In this document: piece after piece, positions 9,746 to 18,482 of the stretch
How positions within the stretch are numbered: the stretch's first letter is position 1
Layout: every line of letters begins with the position of its first letter
Assembly (NCBI GenBank): GCA_050255815.1
Contig: JBLMVJ010000035.1
Location: 10,727 to 74,726, forward strand
Length of the DNA stretch: 64,000 nt
Source: Candidatus Levyibacteriota bacterium
GTDB lineage: Bacteria > Patescibacteriota > Microgenomatia > Levybacterales > GWA1-39-11
Reading direction: 5' to 3'
Position numbers and translations under genes: made by a program
Notes under the pieces: model-generated
Databases searched by the model: none
Seen by the model: only the letters and a program-made list of their open reading frames with translations
Told to the model about the DNA's origin: nothing

Positions 9746-9842
9746 ATCCACTTATGTGGATTTAATGGATGCTCCGATAATATCGGAGCAAGGTACTGTA
9801 AGTACCGGGTTTTGCGCGCTATGAGGAGAGACATGGCGCGCG
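9746..9842 (+). other. Four consecutive hairpins: ATCCAC-tta-GTGGAT, GCTCCGAT-aat-ATCGGAGC, GGTAC-tgta-GTACC, and GCGCGC...GCGCGC enclosing a GAGGAG RBS
   Basis: Inverted repeats read directly. Located at the left edge of the high-GC island. Confidence 0.5.
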
Positions 9843-9881
9843 ACATCCGGTACTTACCGAGAAAAAACGGAGAAGCAGAAC

Positions 9882-10040
9882 ATGACACAGCCCTCTACAC
9901 CCGAGACCAACACCCTCGCCCATGCGCTTGCGCAAGCTTTGGCTAACCGCCAAGGTAAAAATCCACGCAAGCTGCGGACAGCAAAGGACTTTGAGTTTCT
10001 GGGCCGCGAGGTACTGAAGGTCATAGGACAACAGGCATAG
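9882..10040 (+). CDS. Hypothetical small protein (52 aa) within the high-GC island
   Basis: ATG at 9882, stop at 10038-10040. An alternative overlapping 37-aa ORF starts at 9833, directly after a GAGGAG RBS. Which is real is unresolved. Confidence 0.25.
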   Translation: MTQPSTPETNTLAHALAQALANRQGKNPRKLRTAKDFEFLGREVLKVIGQQA

Positions 10041-10048
10041 GAGAACTC

Positions 10049-10333
10049 ATGAACCTACTTCTGGGATACGGATCACTTGCATTCACCTCTTGGTGGATCG
10101 CAGGTACTATCGTCTTTCTTCTGATGCGCAAGCACCGGAAGACCGTCCTCTGGAGAGTGGTTTACGGACCGCTCGTGTTTATCCTCGCGGACTTTATACC
10201 TGCCCTGGCGCAAGCTATGGGTATGCGTATTTGGTACGCTGAAGGAAACGTCAACATCGCCTTCTGCCGGCATGACCCGTCAGAATTCAAGGCGATCTGC
10301 AGAGACTGCGGACAAGAGGTTCACAAATCCTAG
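10049..10333 (+). CDS. Hypothetical small membrane protein (94 aa, two TM helices, C-terminal C-x10-C-x2-C)
   Basis: AGGAGA RBS 4 nt upstream of the ATG. Hydrophobic segments 'SLAFTSWWIAGTIVFLLM' and 'VVYGPLVFILADFIPAL'. Confidence 0.45.
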   Translation: MNLLLGYGSLAFTSWWIAGTIVFLLMRKHRKTVLWRVVYGPLVFILADFIPALAQAMGMRIWYAEGNVNIAFCRHDPSEFKAICRDCGQEVHKS

Positions 10334-10344
10334 GAGGACAGCGA

Positions 10345-10557
10345 TTGAAGACTAGACCGCCGCCGAAGGCACTTTCCTTGGGAAGCCCCAAAAAGGCAAG
10401 CCCAAAAAGCAAGGTAGTATCCCGCAAACGCGTAAGCGTGTTCGGAACTTGCTTTCTAATGCAGAAATGCACGGGAAGAAATTCCTGGATCCTTACCGGC
10501 CCTAGTTCATCCGAATTCTGGCTTTGCAAGCCAACAGCTCATGGAGAGATGCCATGA
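10345..10557 (+). CDS. Possible small, highly basic protein (70 aa, TTG start) in the island
   Basis: AGGAGG at 10333-10338, 6 nt before the TTG. Low-complexity, K/R/S/P-rich product; may be non-coding. Confidence 0.2.
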   Translation: MKTRPPPKALSLGSPKKASPKSKVVSRKRVSVFGTCFLMQKCTGRNSWILTGPSSSEFWLCKPTAHGEMP

Positions 10558-11990
10558 ATTGGACTGCGCTACTAGCGTGGGTGATGGACCCAGTCCGCAC
10601 CCTTGACGAACTTCGGCAGGCGCACCTTGCCCTGATCGGCCATCCCAACATGGGGAACCGCGTTCAGGTGCGTGCGCGCGTGAGGAACTACATCAATCTG
10701 ATGATCGCCACCCAAGGTGGAGGAGCTCCTGCTCCTTGGCACCCTGGCATGGGCGCTCCTGTGGTTCCTCCAACGCCAACACCTGGCCCTGCGCCCGTTC
10801 CTGGTCCTGGCCCTGCGCCCGTTCCTGGTCCTGGCCCTGCGCCCATCGTCCCGCTCGTTCCGGTTGTCGGCTATCGCCCACGCATGTGGACGTACCGCCG
10901 AATGATACGGAGAGCGCTAAACGAGGGCAACACCGCCTGGATGGATACCGAACTCACGGCATGGGGAGACCCTCCGGGAGTCGGCACTCCAGCACAGCGT
11001 GCGTACCGGCTCGAGAACTTCTCGAGGTCACGGCACGGGTGGAACCGCATCGGGCATGATATCCCGGAGCTTGTTCCGCCTGGCGCACCGGCACCGGCAC
11101 CCCGCCGACAGGTGGACTACGGTCCCCTTGGGTGGATCGCAGGTGCTCTGCTGATCGCAGCCGGCGCAGCCGTACTGTTCTTCGCCTTGATTCTGCCTCT
11201 CTCCAAGTGGGGATGGGACCAGAGCTTCGGCGACGACACGGCAGTGCAGCAGCCCGGCAACCAGCCTGGTAACCAGCCCGGCGGCAACAACGGCAACGGT
11301 AGCGGCAACGCGAACCAGCCTGGCAACAACGGCAACGGTAGCGGCAACGCGAACCAGCCCGGCAACCAGCCCGGCAATAGCGGCGTCATCAAGAACTTGG
11401 CCGACGGCCAGTTCCCCTGGACACCGCCCACACCGGGTACCGACCTTGGGAACGACAAGCAGTTCACCAGCACCATCATCGAGCAGGCCAAGCAGGGAGA
11501 CTGGATTCACAGGCTCTTCAACCCTGGCTTGTTCAACGCAGCCAATAACTACGGCGGAGCCGATTCTTGGGCTATTAGCCTGAACGTCGGTCCGAACGCT
11601 GGTGGCAGCTGGAAGGGCGAGGGAGTCTCGGGACGCTTCGTCTACCGTGCTGTGCAGAATCAGGTGGGTTGGTGCCTTGGCATCCTCACCTCGAAGACGT
11701 GGAACAACATCGACCTGAAGAGTCAACTCCTCAGCGGTTCAGACCCCAGTTTGCCGATCGGATTCAACGTCCGCATCGAACCAGGGTCTACCGTGATGGT
11801 GAAGACGAACTCAGGCGAGATCAAGTCCGGCGTCACAAGCGACATGGGTGATATCCAAGTCGTTCTGCCAGACAGCGGGCTGACCACCATCTGCACTGCG
11901 TTCAGCACTGCAGCACCTACGGGTGAAAGCCAGCTTTGGGTGGGACCTCGGGACCGCTCCAAGGACATCAACACGATCGACGCGCGGTAA
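10554..11990 (+). CDS. Hypothetical single-pass membrane protein (478 aa) with Pro-rich and QPGN/NGNGSGNA repeat linkers; high-GC
   Basis: ORF 10524..11990; likely start is the ATG at 10554, preceded by GGAGAG. Central TM helix 'GPLGWIAGALLIAAGAAVLFFALILPL'. Tandem DNA repeats at 10786-10857 and 11281-11358. Confidence 0.6.
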   Translation: MNWTALLAWVMDPVRTLDELRQAHLALIGHPNMGNRVQVRARVRNYINLMIATQGGGAPAPWHPGMGAPVVPPTPTPGPAPVPGPGPAPVPGPGPAPIVPLVPVVGYRPRMWTYRRMIRRALNEGNTAWMDTELTAWGDPPGVGTPAQRAYRLENFSRSRHGWNRIGHDIPELVPPGAPAPAPRRQVDYGPLGWIAGALLIAAGAAVLFFALILPLSKWGWDQSFGDDTAVQQPGNQPGNQPGGNNGNGSGNANQPGNNGNGSGNANQPGNQPGNSGVIKNLADGQFPWTPPTPGTDLGNDKQFTSTIIEQAKQGDWIHRLFNPGLFNAANNYGGADSWAISLNVGPNAGGSWKGEGVSGRFVYRAVQNQVGWCLGILTSKTWNNIDLKSQLLSGSDPSLPIGFNVRIEPGSTVMVKTNSGEIKSGVTSDMGDIQVVLPDSGLTTICTAFSTAAPTGESQLWVGPRDRSKDINTIDAR

Positions 11991-12345
11991 CGCACGGCGA
12001 TCCCAGACTCCTCGGAGTTGCCGATGGAGAGTACCTTAACGTCACGAGCACCGCCTAACCGCTGTGATGATCGTGGTCCGCCTGGAAAAGGAGGTTGACG
12101 ATAACCCTCTGGGTTGTCAGGATCCTGAGCGCAAGCTTGAGGATCTCCTCCACTACGGCGGACAGACTGGACAGTTTATGTGTTTCACGCTCCTTTGAGT
12201 TTTGCATTCAAAGAAAGTCGTGTCACGGCAAAAACTGGTTCCAGTCAGGGTGAGAGACTCATTTATTGAGAATTGATTGGATTTTTTCCATCAAGTCTCT
12301 TTTGAGACTTTCTCCCACCTACATGCCTTTGCGTCTCCCTCACCA

Positions 12346-12368
12346 TTATGGTGAGGGACTGATGAGTA
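12346..12368. other. Perfect hairpin TCCCTCACC-atta-GGTGAGGGA, a member of the CCCTCACC/GGTGAGGG hairpin family also found inside the 23S insertions
   Basis: 9-bp stem read directly. About 45 nt upstream of the 12411 start codon. Confidence 0.6.
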
Positions 12369-12410
12369 TTCTTTCGGAGAAATCTGAGGGAAACGAAACG
12401 CAAAAAAAAC

Positions 12411-13211
12411 ATGAGCATATTAAAATCTGTCCTTTTCTTTATCTTATTTTTGGCTGTTGCAGCCGGGGCTTTCTATGGGGTAGCTGAGCCCCAAAACACC
12501 CTTATTTCTTCCGTAGGCCCTATGCAGCTGACTGCCGGAGGTGCAGGACTCAGCCTGTTCCAGGGAAGCACCGGGCAGTATTATGATTTCTCACCATTTA
12601 AAGATACGGTAACCTTCCAGAACACTACCACTAACGCGCTGGTTACTGCCCAGGATATCCAGTCAACCGGTTATAAAACTTCCCTAAAAGTACCGTTCAT
12701 ACAGAATCTATGGGAAACCTTTCTCTTTTACACAGGAGCAGACACCCCTTCCATGAGGTTTCTGACCGGCAAAAACATCACCTACTCCTCTACCATTAAA
12801 GCCAACAAATTAATAGTCACCAGGACTATTCAGGGGGAGAAAAATCCTATTACAAAAACTGATATGACCATTACCTTTCATGCTATGGATTTTGTGTTTG
12901 ACCGGACAGGAAATTTATATAATTATGTAGACCCTGGAACACAGTCATTCTTTGAGCAGACTTATAACAAAACCTTGACACCTCAGCTGAATGACACTTC
13001 TATCACTGTTATGGGAAATATTGTTTTTATTTATAACCCTAAAATTGCCGCCGTTATGGCTATCCAAACCGTAGGGAACCAGACTATTACGGTGGACCGG
13101 AATGAGAAAGTAATCAGGATTTCTGAAACACCAAAGGTAAAAAACAATATCTACCAGGATTCTCTGCAGGTAACCGTTTTAAACACGCCAAAGGAGGCTT
13201 TTAACCTATGA
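12411..13211 (+). CDS. Hypothetical secreted or membrane-anchored protein
   Basis: N-terminal hydrophobic signal/anchor 'VLFFILFLAVAAGAFYG'. No known motif. Confidence 0.6.
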   Translation: MSILKSVLFFILFLAVAAGAFYGVAEPQNTLISSVGPMQLTAGGAGLSLFQGSTGQYYDFSPFKDTVTFQNTTTNALVTAQDIQSTGYKTSLKVPFIQNLWETFLFYTGADTPSMRFLTGKNITYSSTIKANKLIVTRTIQGEKNPITKTDMTITFHAMDFVFDRTGNLYNYVDPGTQSFFEQTYNKTLTPQLNDTSITVMGNIVFIYNPKIAAVMAIQTVGNQTITVDRNEKVIRISETPKVKNNIYQDSLQVTVLNTPKEAFNL

Positions 13212-15049
13212 TAAACGCTATTTTAGCCGCTTTAGCCCTCTACTTGTTGCCTATTATCTTAGGCCGCCCATTGGTAAGGTTTTTCTATAAAAAAGAACTA
13301 GCCTATCCGTTTATTAGCTATTTTACGGCTGGATCTATGCTTTTATATGCCGGGATGCTTCTTTCCTATGCATTAAAACCTTACATCCCTCTGTTCTCAA
13401 GCTTTACTTTGCTGCAGGAAACTATCCTGGCGCTCTCATTTATCATGCTCCCGTTAAACCTGCTGGTAAAAAGGGATGATATTGACCTGGAACCGTTTAC
13501 ATTTCCTGCACTTCTTTCAGCAGGAATTGGCCTTATTTCCTATCTCATATGGCAATATAAATCCCCGTACTCATTTAACTGGGATATGTTTGAGCACCAA
13601 ACACTGGTAAACCAGATTTTGGGTGGACACCTGAGCGTTATTCCATCTCAGCTTACCGATACCTTTGGGTTTAACGGTTACTCTACCCTGTTCCATAGCC
13701 TGGTTGCAGCTTCCCAAACGTTTTTTAGCCCCCAAATACTGCAATACTGGACGGTTATCTCAGGTTTCCATTTAGTAATTGCTGCATTTGCATCATACCT
13801 GTTAACCCGTGAGATCACTGACAATAAACTTGCCGCATCTCTTGCTGCTCTGGTAACCGGTATGGTTTTTGATTCCAGCATTTCATTTACCACCATGTTT
13901 TTTATCCCGCAAACATTTACGGCAGTCCTGTTTGCTTTCCTGTTTACCCAGCTATTATCAGAGGCTAAATCCGGCCGTATTACCAGCCTGCCATTGGCAA
14001 TTTTCCAAGGCCTATTTCTGCTTATCAACCATTATATTGTAGGCCTGGCAGCGGCTGTTTTTTACCTGGGTTCTTATGTCTATATTAAGTTTTCAGCGCT
14101 ACTGGAACGTAGGTTTGGCGCGCGCCATATGGTAATGGCAGTCCTGTTTTTGGCTTTGTTAGGGATCATCTTCTCTCCCGCCCTGCCGTTAGGATTTATT
14201 AACAGCGGAGAGGCTCAGGACTATACCTTAACTATGGTAGATAAATTCAATATTATGAAACAGACATACGGTTACCTGATGCTGCTTTTATTACCGTTAG
14301 GGATCTGGTCAGCAGTAGGAAGTAAAAAACGCATACCACTCTTTTCCTTAATTATTACGGTACTGTTACTTTCTATTGTAATTGCACAACTTCCTTATAC
14401 GGTAAAATTCTTTACCCTGGCCCGCTTTTTTATTGATGCATTTATTGCCATAGGAATTTATTATGTTCTAAAGCCTATGAACACGTTTTTTAAAGGCTTA
14501 TCCTTGGGGGTCTTGGTGCTTGCACTAGGCGGACTTCTGGTAATAAATGCGGCTAACTGGAAAGGGATCTTGCGCTACCAGAACAGCTATACACAAATAT
14601 CCCCGTTTGAGCTGCAGGCAGCAAGCTTTTTGAAAAACGCTTATGGAGGATCTTCCGTCCTTATGGTTTCTGATCCGGCAACCCAGAACATGATGGAGCC
14701 TATTTCAGGCGTAAATTCCCAGGGAGGGGCTTATATGAGCACGTATTCCCGGGAAACTCTGGCTGAGGCAGGTACCACAGATAATCCAGTGCGGGCAGCC
14801 ACAGACCTCTACAAGATTCAGGATAAAATTATACCTGAAGATAAAAGGATTTTAGTCCTTTCAGGGCGCTACTTTGCCTGGCAGAGCGCTTCTATTGGCC
14901 TCAAGAAGGCATTTTCTTACAACGTTTGGAACCCTTCAGGACTTACTCTGGAAGATATAGGGAAAATTGACCACATGCTCTCTGATACAACCCATTTTAA
15001 GTTGGTTTACCAAAACCCTGAAGTGGCTATTCTAGAGGTAACAAAGTAG
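13208..15049 (+). CDS. Large polytopic membrane protein; candidate GT-C-fold, polyprenyl-phosphate-sugar-dependent glycosyltransferase
   Basis: ATGA start/stop overlap with the upstream gene. More than 10 predicted TM helices followed by a soluble C-terminal domain. Genomic context is GT2 (DPM-synthase-like), GT4 and galE. Confidence 0.7.
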   Translation: MINAILAALALYLLPIILGRPLVRFFYKKELAYPFISYFTAGSMLLYAGMLLSYALKPYIPLFSSFTLLQETILALSFIMLPLNLLVKRDDIDLEPFTFPALLSAGIGLISYLIWQYKSPYSFNWDMFEHQTLVNQILGGHLSVIPSQLTDTFGFNGYSTLFHSLVAASQTFFSPQILQYWTVISGFHLVIAAFASYLLTREITDNKLAASLAALVTGMVFDSSISFTTMFFIPQTFTAVLFAFLFTQLLSEAKSGRITSLPLAIFQGLFLLINHYIVGLAAAVFYLGSYVYIKFSALLERRFGARHMVMAVLFLALLGIIFSPALPLGFINSGEAQDYTLTMVDKFNIMKQTYGYLMLLLLPLGIWSAVGSKKRIPLFSLIITVLLLSIVIAQLPYTVKFFTLARFFIDAFIAIGIYYVLKPMNTFFKGLSLGVLVLALGGLLVINAANWKGILRYQNSYTQISPFELQAASFLKNAYGGSSVLMVSDPATQNMMEPISGVNSQGGAYMSTYSRETLAEAGTTDNPVRAATDLYKIQDKIIPEDKRILVLSGRYFAWQSASIGLKKAFSYNVWNPSGLTLEDIGKIDHMLSDTTHFKLVYQNPEVAILEVTK

Positions 15050-15194
15050 TTTTAATGAAAGCTGGGCAGTTTGACTTAGCCCTATAGTTTTTGATACAAT
15101 ACACATATGTTTCAGAGTGAACTGTTCCACTTAGATAGTGGAGCATCCCTTCGGGCAAGTTCTTCTGAACCAATTTTAGTTTAAAAATTAAAGT

Positions 15195-15956
15195 ATGTTT
15201 CAGAATAAAAAAGTTTCAGTCATTATTCCATGCAGAAATGAGGAGGCTGCGCTCTATTCCATGCTGCAAAATATCCCCTCTATAGTAGATGAAGTTATTG
15301 TGGTTGATAACGGATCTACTGATAATACGGCCTTTATTGCTACCACCTTAGGGGCAAAAGTCATCAAAGAAAAAAAACAAGTTGACGGTGTAGGTTATGG
15401 ATTTGCCCACCAGACCGGAATGAAACATGCAAAAGGTGATTTCATAGTTGCCCTAGATGGGGATAATACTTACCCTATAGAAAAGATCCCGGAAATCCTG
15501 GCTTATATGGAAAAAGCGCGGGTGGATTTTGTGTCCTGCGCTCGCTTCCCGCTTTCTAACACTGCTGCCATTTCCAAACTACGGCAGTTGGGTGTTAAAA
15601 TTTTAAATTTAGAGGCTTCCCTTTTGTTTGGGTACCATATGAAAGACGTGTTAAGCGGCATGTGGGTTATGAGAAAAGAATGTGTAAGAAAATTGAACGC
15701 AAAATCAGGAGAATGGAATTTCTCCCCTGAAATCAAACTTACCGCATTAATGCATCCTGAGATCAGGTTCTCTGAATACCATATTTCCCACTCTATCCGT
15801 TATAACGGCGTCTCAAAACAGCAGATCTGGAAAACAGGATTAAACCACATGTTTTATATTCTGGAGCTCCGGACAAAATACGCTAAGATGCACCTGCCCA
15901 GACTTAACGTACAGTTTAGCTTTTATAAAGCTGCCTGGGCAAAACTGACTGCCTAA
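15195..15956 (+). CDS. Glycosyltransferase family 2 (dolichyl/polyprenyl-phosphate sugar synthase-like)
   Basis: 'VSVIIPCRNEE', 'VVDNGSTDNT' and 'ALDGDNTYP' motifs typical of GT2 DPM1-like enzymes. Confidence 0.9.
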   Translation: MFQNKKVSVIIPCRNEEAALYSMLQNIPSIVDEVIVVDNGSTDNTAFIATTLGAKVIKEKKQVDGVGYGFAHQTGMKHAKGDFIVALDGDNTYPIEKIPEILAYMEKARVDFVSCARFPLSNTAAISKLRQLGVKILNLEASLLFGYHMKDVLSGMWVMRKECVRKLNAKSGEWNFSPEIKLTALMHPEIRFSEYHISHSIRYNGVSKQQIWKTGLNHMFYILELRTKYAKMHLPRLNVQFSFYKAAWAKLTA

Positions 15957-15961
15957 TATCC

Positions 15962-17170
15962 ATGAGAATTCTTTTAATCACCCCATATTTCTATCCCCAT
16001 AAAGGGGGAAGCCAGCAGTATGCGCTGGAGCTCTATAAAACCATCATGAAGCAGAATAAAGATATTCAAGTTGATGTCCTCACCTATAACACAGACCAGT
16101 CAAAAAGTGTGGAAGAATATGAAGGGTTTACCATCTACCGTGTGCCTTGTGTCCAACTCCTGAAGGGACAATTTGCTATTCCTCATTATTGGGAGCTGAG
16201 AAAAACACTGAATAAACTATTCAGGGAAAACCGCTATACGTTTGTGAATAGCCATACGCGGTTTTTTGAAAGTTCCTGGTGGGCGCCGTATGTTGCTTCA
16301 CATTTCCATACCAAATCTATCCTGACTGACCATTGCGCAGCACATCCCACCCATAAAACTAAACTGGTTACCGGCGTGTCATACGTAATAGATAAATTCA
16401 TAGCGCCCCTGTTTTTGCAAAAATATGACTATATTACCGTGACTAATAAAGCCACCCAGGATTTCTTAAGCTCACTTATTTCAAAAGAGTCAGAGGTTAT
16501 TTATGGCGGCGTAGATACAAAACTCTTTAAACCCAGGACAAACAGGAGCAAAGAAAGAAAAATTTTAGGGATCAAAAAAAGATTTTCAAAGAATGATGTG
16601 GTGGTAGCATTTGTAGGCCGCATGATCTATTCCAAGGGTCCGCAAATACTTTTGGAAGCAGCCAAAAAAATTACAAAAAAATACCCGCGGGCATACTTTA
16701 TTTTTGGAGGAAACGGTAGCCTGTACCCTGAGCTTTCTGCCTTCCAAAATGACCATATTTTCTTTACCGGAGAGCTCACAAAAGAAGAAATATCTGACCT
16801 GTTAGCCAAGTCCGATGTCCTGGTTCATCCTTCTTTACACCATGAAGGCTTTCCAAATGTTATTTTAGAAGCAGGAGCAGCAGGCTGTGCAGTTATTGCA
16901 ACAAATATGGGCGGAACGTATGAAATTATTACCCCCAGAACCGGGATCATGGTAAAACCAACAGTTTCAGCAGTAAGCTCAAAACTGGAGCTCCTAATAA
17001 AAAATGGCTTGCAAAGACGTAAATTGGGAAACAGCCTGCATAAATGGGTAGCTGATAATTACGACTGGAAAAGGATTGCGAAGGTATACCAAAAATCCAT
17101 GCAGGAAAAGATCCGGGAAAATACGTTACTGTTCCCAACCATGCGGATGCGCTCTATACCACGTCACTAA
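15962..17170 (+). CDS. Glycosyltransferase family 1 (GT4-like)
   Basis: C-terminal 'EGFPNVILEAGAAGCAVIATNMGG' sugar-nucleotide binding motif. Confidence 0.9.
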   Translation: MRILLITPYFYPHKGGSQQYALELYKTIMKQNKDIQVDVLTYNTDQSKSVEEYEGFTIYRVPCVQLLKGQFAIPHYWELRKTLNKLFRENRYTFVNSHTRFFESSWWAPYVASHFHTKSILTDHCAAHPTHKTKLVTGVSYVIDKFIAPLFLQKYDYITVTNKATQDFLSSLISKESEVIYGGVDTKLFKPRTNRSKERKILGIKKRFSKNDVVVAFVGRMIYSKGPQILLEAAKKITKKYPRAYFIFGGNGSLYPELSAFQNDHIFFTGELTKEEISDLLAKSDVLVHPSLHHEGFPNVILEAGAAGCAVIATNMGGTYEIITPRTGIMVKPTVSAVSSKLELLIKNGLQRRKLGNSLHKWVADNYDWKRIAKVYQKSMQEKIRENTLLFPTMRMRSIPRH

Positions 17171-18133
17171 CGAGTCAATACTCTGCTCCAGCGTATGTTC
17201 CGGGCTCCATTTTAAAAGCTCTTTTGCACGCGTTATATCTGCAACCATTTTGGCATATTCACCCTGGCGCGTTTGTGATTTTTCCAAAGGCAACTGAGCA
17301 CCTGTTTTTTGCTCTACAGCTTTTATAATTTCTAGAACCGAGTTTCCGGATTCTGTCCCTATGTTCATAATTTCACTATTGCCACCATTTAAAAGATACT
17401 CAAGAGCGAGAATATGGGCATTGTTTAGGTCTACTACGTTCACATAATCCCGGATAGGTGTCTTGTCCGGTGTGTCTACCTCAGGACAGGTCAGATAGAA
17501 CGGCTCTATCCCTAAAGCACCGCGTACGGCATTCTGCATGAGGTGTACAGAAGGTTTTTTGCTGTCACCTATCATTCCGTCATCTGTTGCCCCGCAGACG
17601 TTAAAATACCGCAAAATAACGTAATTTAGGCCCTTTAATTTTCCGTACCACTCAATCATTTTCTCTGTCATACGTTTTGACTCCCCATACGGATTACTGG
17701 GGTTGGTGGGATGTTTCTCATCTATGGGAACGTACTGGGCTTCCCCATACACGGCGCAGGTGGAGGAAAAAATAATGTTTTTAATGTTACGGGAAAGCAT
17801 GGCTGCCAGAAGGACCTGGGCGGACGTAGTGTTGTTCCCAAAATATTTCTCCGGGCTTTGCATAGATTCATTTACTGAGCAATTGGCTGCATAATGGATA
17901 ACTGCCTCTATGTCCGGATTTGAATCAAGCACGTGTTCTATGTCTTTTTTGATTTCACCTTCATAGATATTCAGGTTATCGCCAAATTTTTCTTGTAATG
18001 CCTGCATTGCACCATGGAATCCCGTGGAAAAGTTATCCAGGGCCACCACCTGGTAGCCTTTTTGGAGGAATAAGTAGGCGGCTACTGACCCTATATACCC
18101 TGCTGCACCGGTAATTAATATTTTCTTTGCCAT
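17126..18133 (-). CDS. galE: UDP-glucose 4-epimerase
   Basis: N-terminal Rossmann motif 'ILITGAAGYIGS', SDR catalytic YxxxK, and a length typical of GalE. Confidence 0.85.
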   Translation of the reverse strand: MAKKILITGAAGYIGSVAAYLFLQKGYQVVALDNFSTGFHGAMQALQEKFGDNLNIYEGEIKKDIEHVLDSNPDIEAVIHYAANCSVNESMQSPEKYFGNNTTSAQVLLAAMLSRNIKNIIFSSTCAVYGEAQYVPIDEKHPTNPSNPYGESKRMTEKMIEWYGKLKGLNYVILRYFNVCGATDDGMIGDSKKPSVHLMQNAVRGALGIEPFYLTCPEVDTPDKTPIRDYVNVVDLNNAHILALEYLLNGGNSEIMNIGTESGNSVLEIIKAVEQKTGAQLPLEKSQTRQGEYAKMVADITRAKELLKWSPEHTLEQSIDSLVTWYRAHPHGWEQ

Positions 18134-18216
18134 TTGGGGTTAATTGTAGCAAATTACCACAAAAAAAGCTTCCGGGTTTAACGGAGAGGGATGTTCTCCG
18201 TAAAGCCATAAAAAAA

Positions 18217-18330
18217 CTCCTGACCCTTACGGAGAATAAGAATCCCTGCCCAAGACTCCTACTCTCCGTAACGATCAGGAGCAATGGGACATGCCCAAGA
18301 CTCCTGCTCCGATTTATCGGAGTGACTTTC
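18217..18330. repeat. Imperfect ~37-bp tandem repeats (TGCCCAAGACTCCT...CTCCG...) in the galE upstream region, including the hairpin GCTCCGATTTATCGGAG
   Basis: 'cccaagactcct' occurs twice 37 nt apart. 'ctccgtaa' recurs. Confidence 0.5.
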
Positions 18331-18447
18331 TCCCTTTAAACCGGAAGCTTCAAAAAGCCCAGTATATTGGGAAAAACGGAAATATATTTTCGTGAAAATA
18401 GTTGTAAAAACAATCTATTTTCATCAAAATAGCTTCATCAATTTTCC

Positions 18448-18476
18448 TTGACAGGAAAATATATTTTTGCTAATTT
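18448..18476 (+). promoter_or_regulatory. Sigma70-like promoter TTGACA-N17-TAATTT in a 700-bp AT-rich intergenic region
   Basis: TTGACA at 18448-18453, a 17-nt spacer, TAATTT at 18471-18476. Confidence 0.4.
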
Positions 18477-18482
18477 TATCTC

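Larger units (their letters stand above)
9790..12180. mobile_element. Compositionally anomalous high-GC island (visually ~55-63% GC against a ~40% background); putative horizontally acquired segment, mechanism unknown
   Basis: Abrupt change in base composition and codon style, with GC-rich codons and GGC/CCG repeats. No integrase or transposase was detected. Boundaries are approximate. Confidence 0.5.

Noticed and set aside
10693-11995. Minus-strand ORFs 11028..11726 (232 aa), 11117..11491, 10693..10881 and 11723..11995, plus plus-strand 10717..10905, 10736..11059 and 11669..11851, inside the high-GC region
   Set aside because: These are long open frames typical of GC-rich DNA, antisense or out of frame to the 10554..11990 gene. 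Their products are low-complexity (PLPLPLL, RPFLVLALRPFLVL) and there are no RBS.
12266-12487. ORF 12266..12487 (73 aa) upstream of the 12411 gene
   Set aside because: It overlaps the hairpin and leader of the 12411 gene in another frame. No RBS. Its product lacks protein-like composition.
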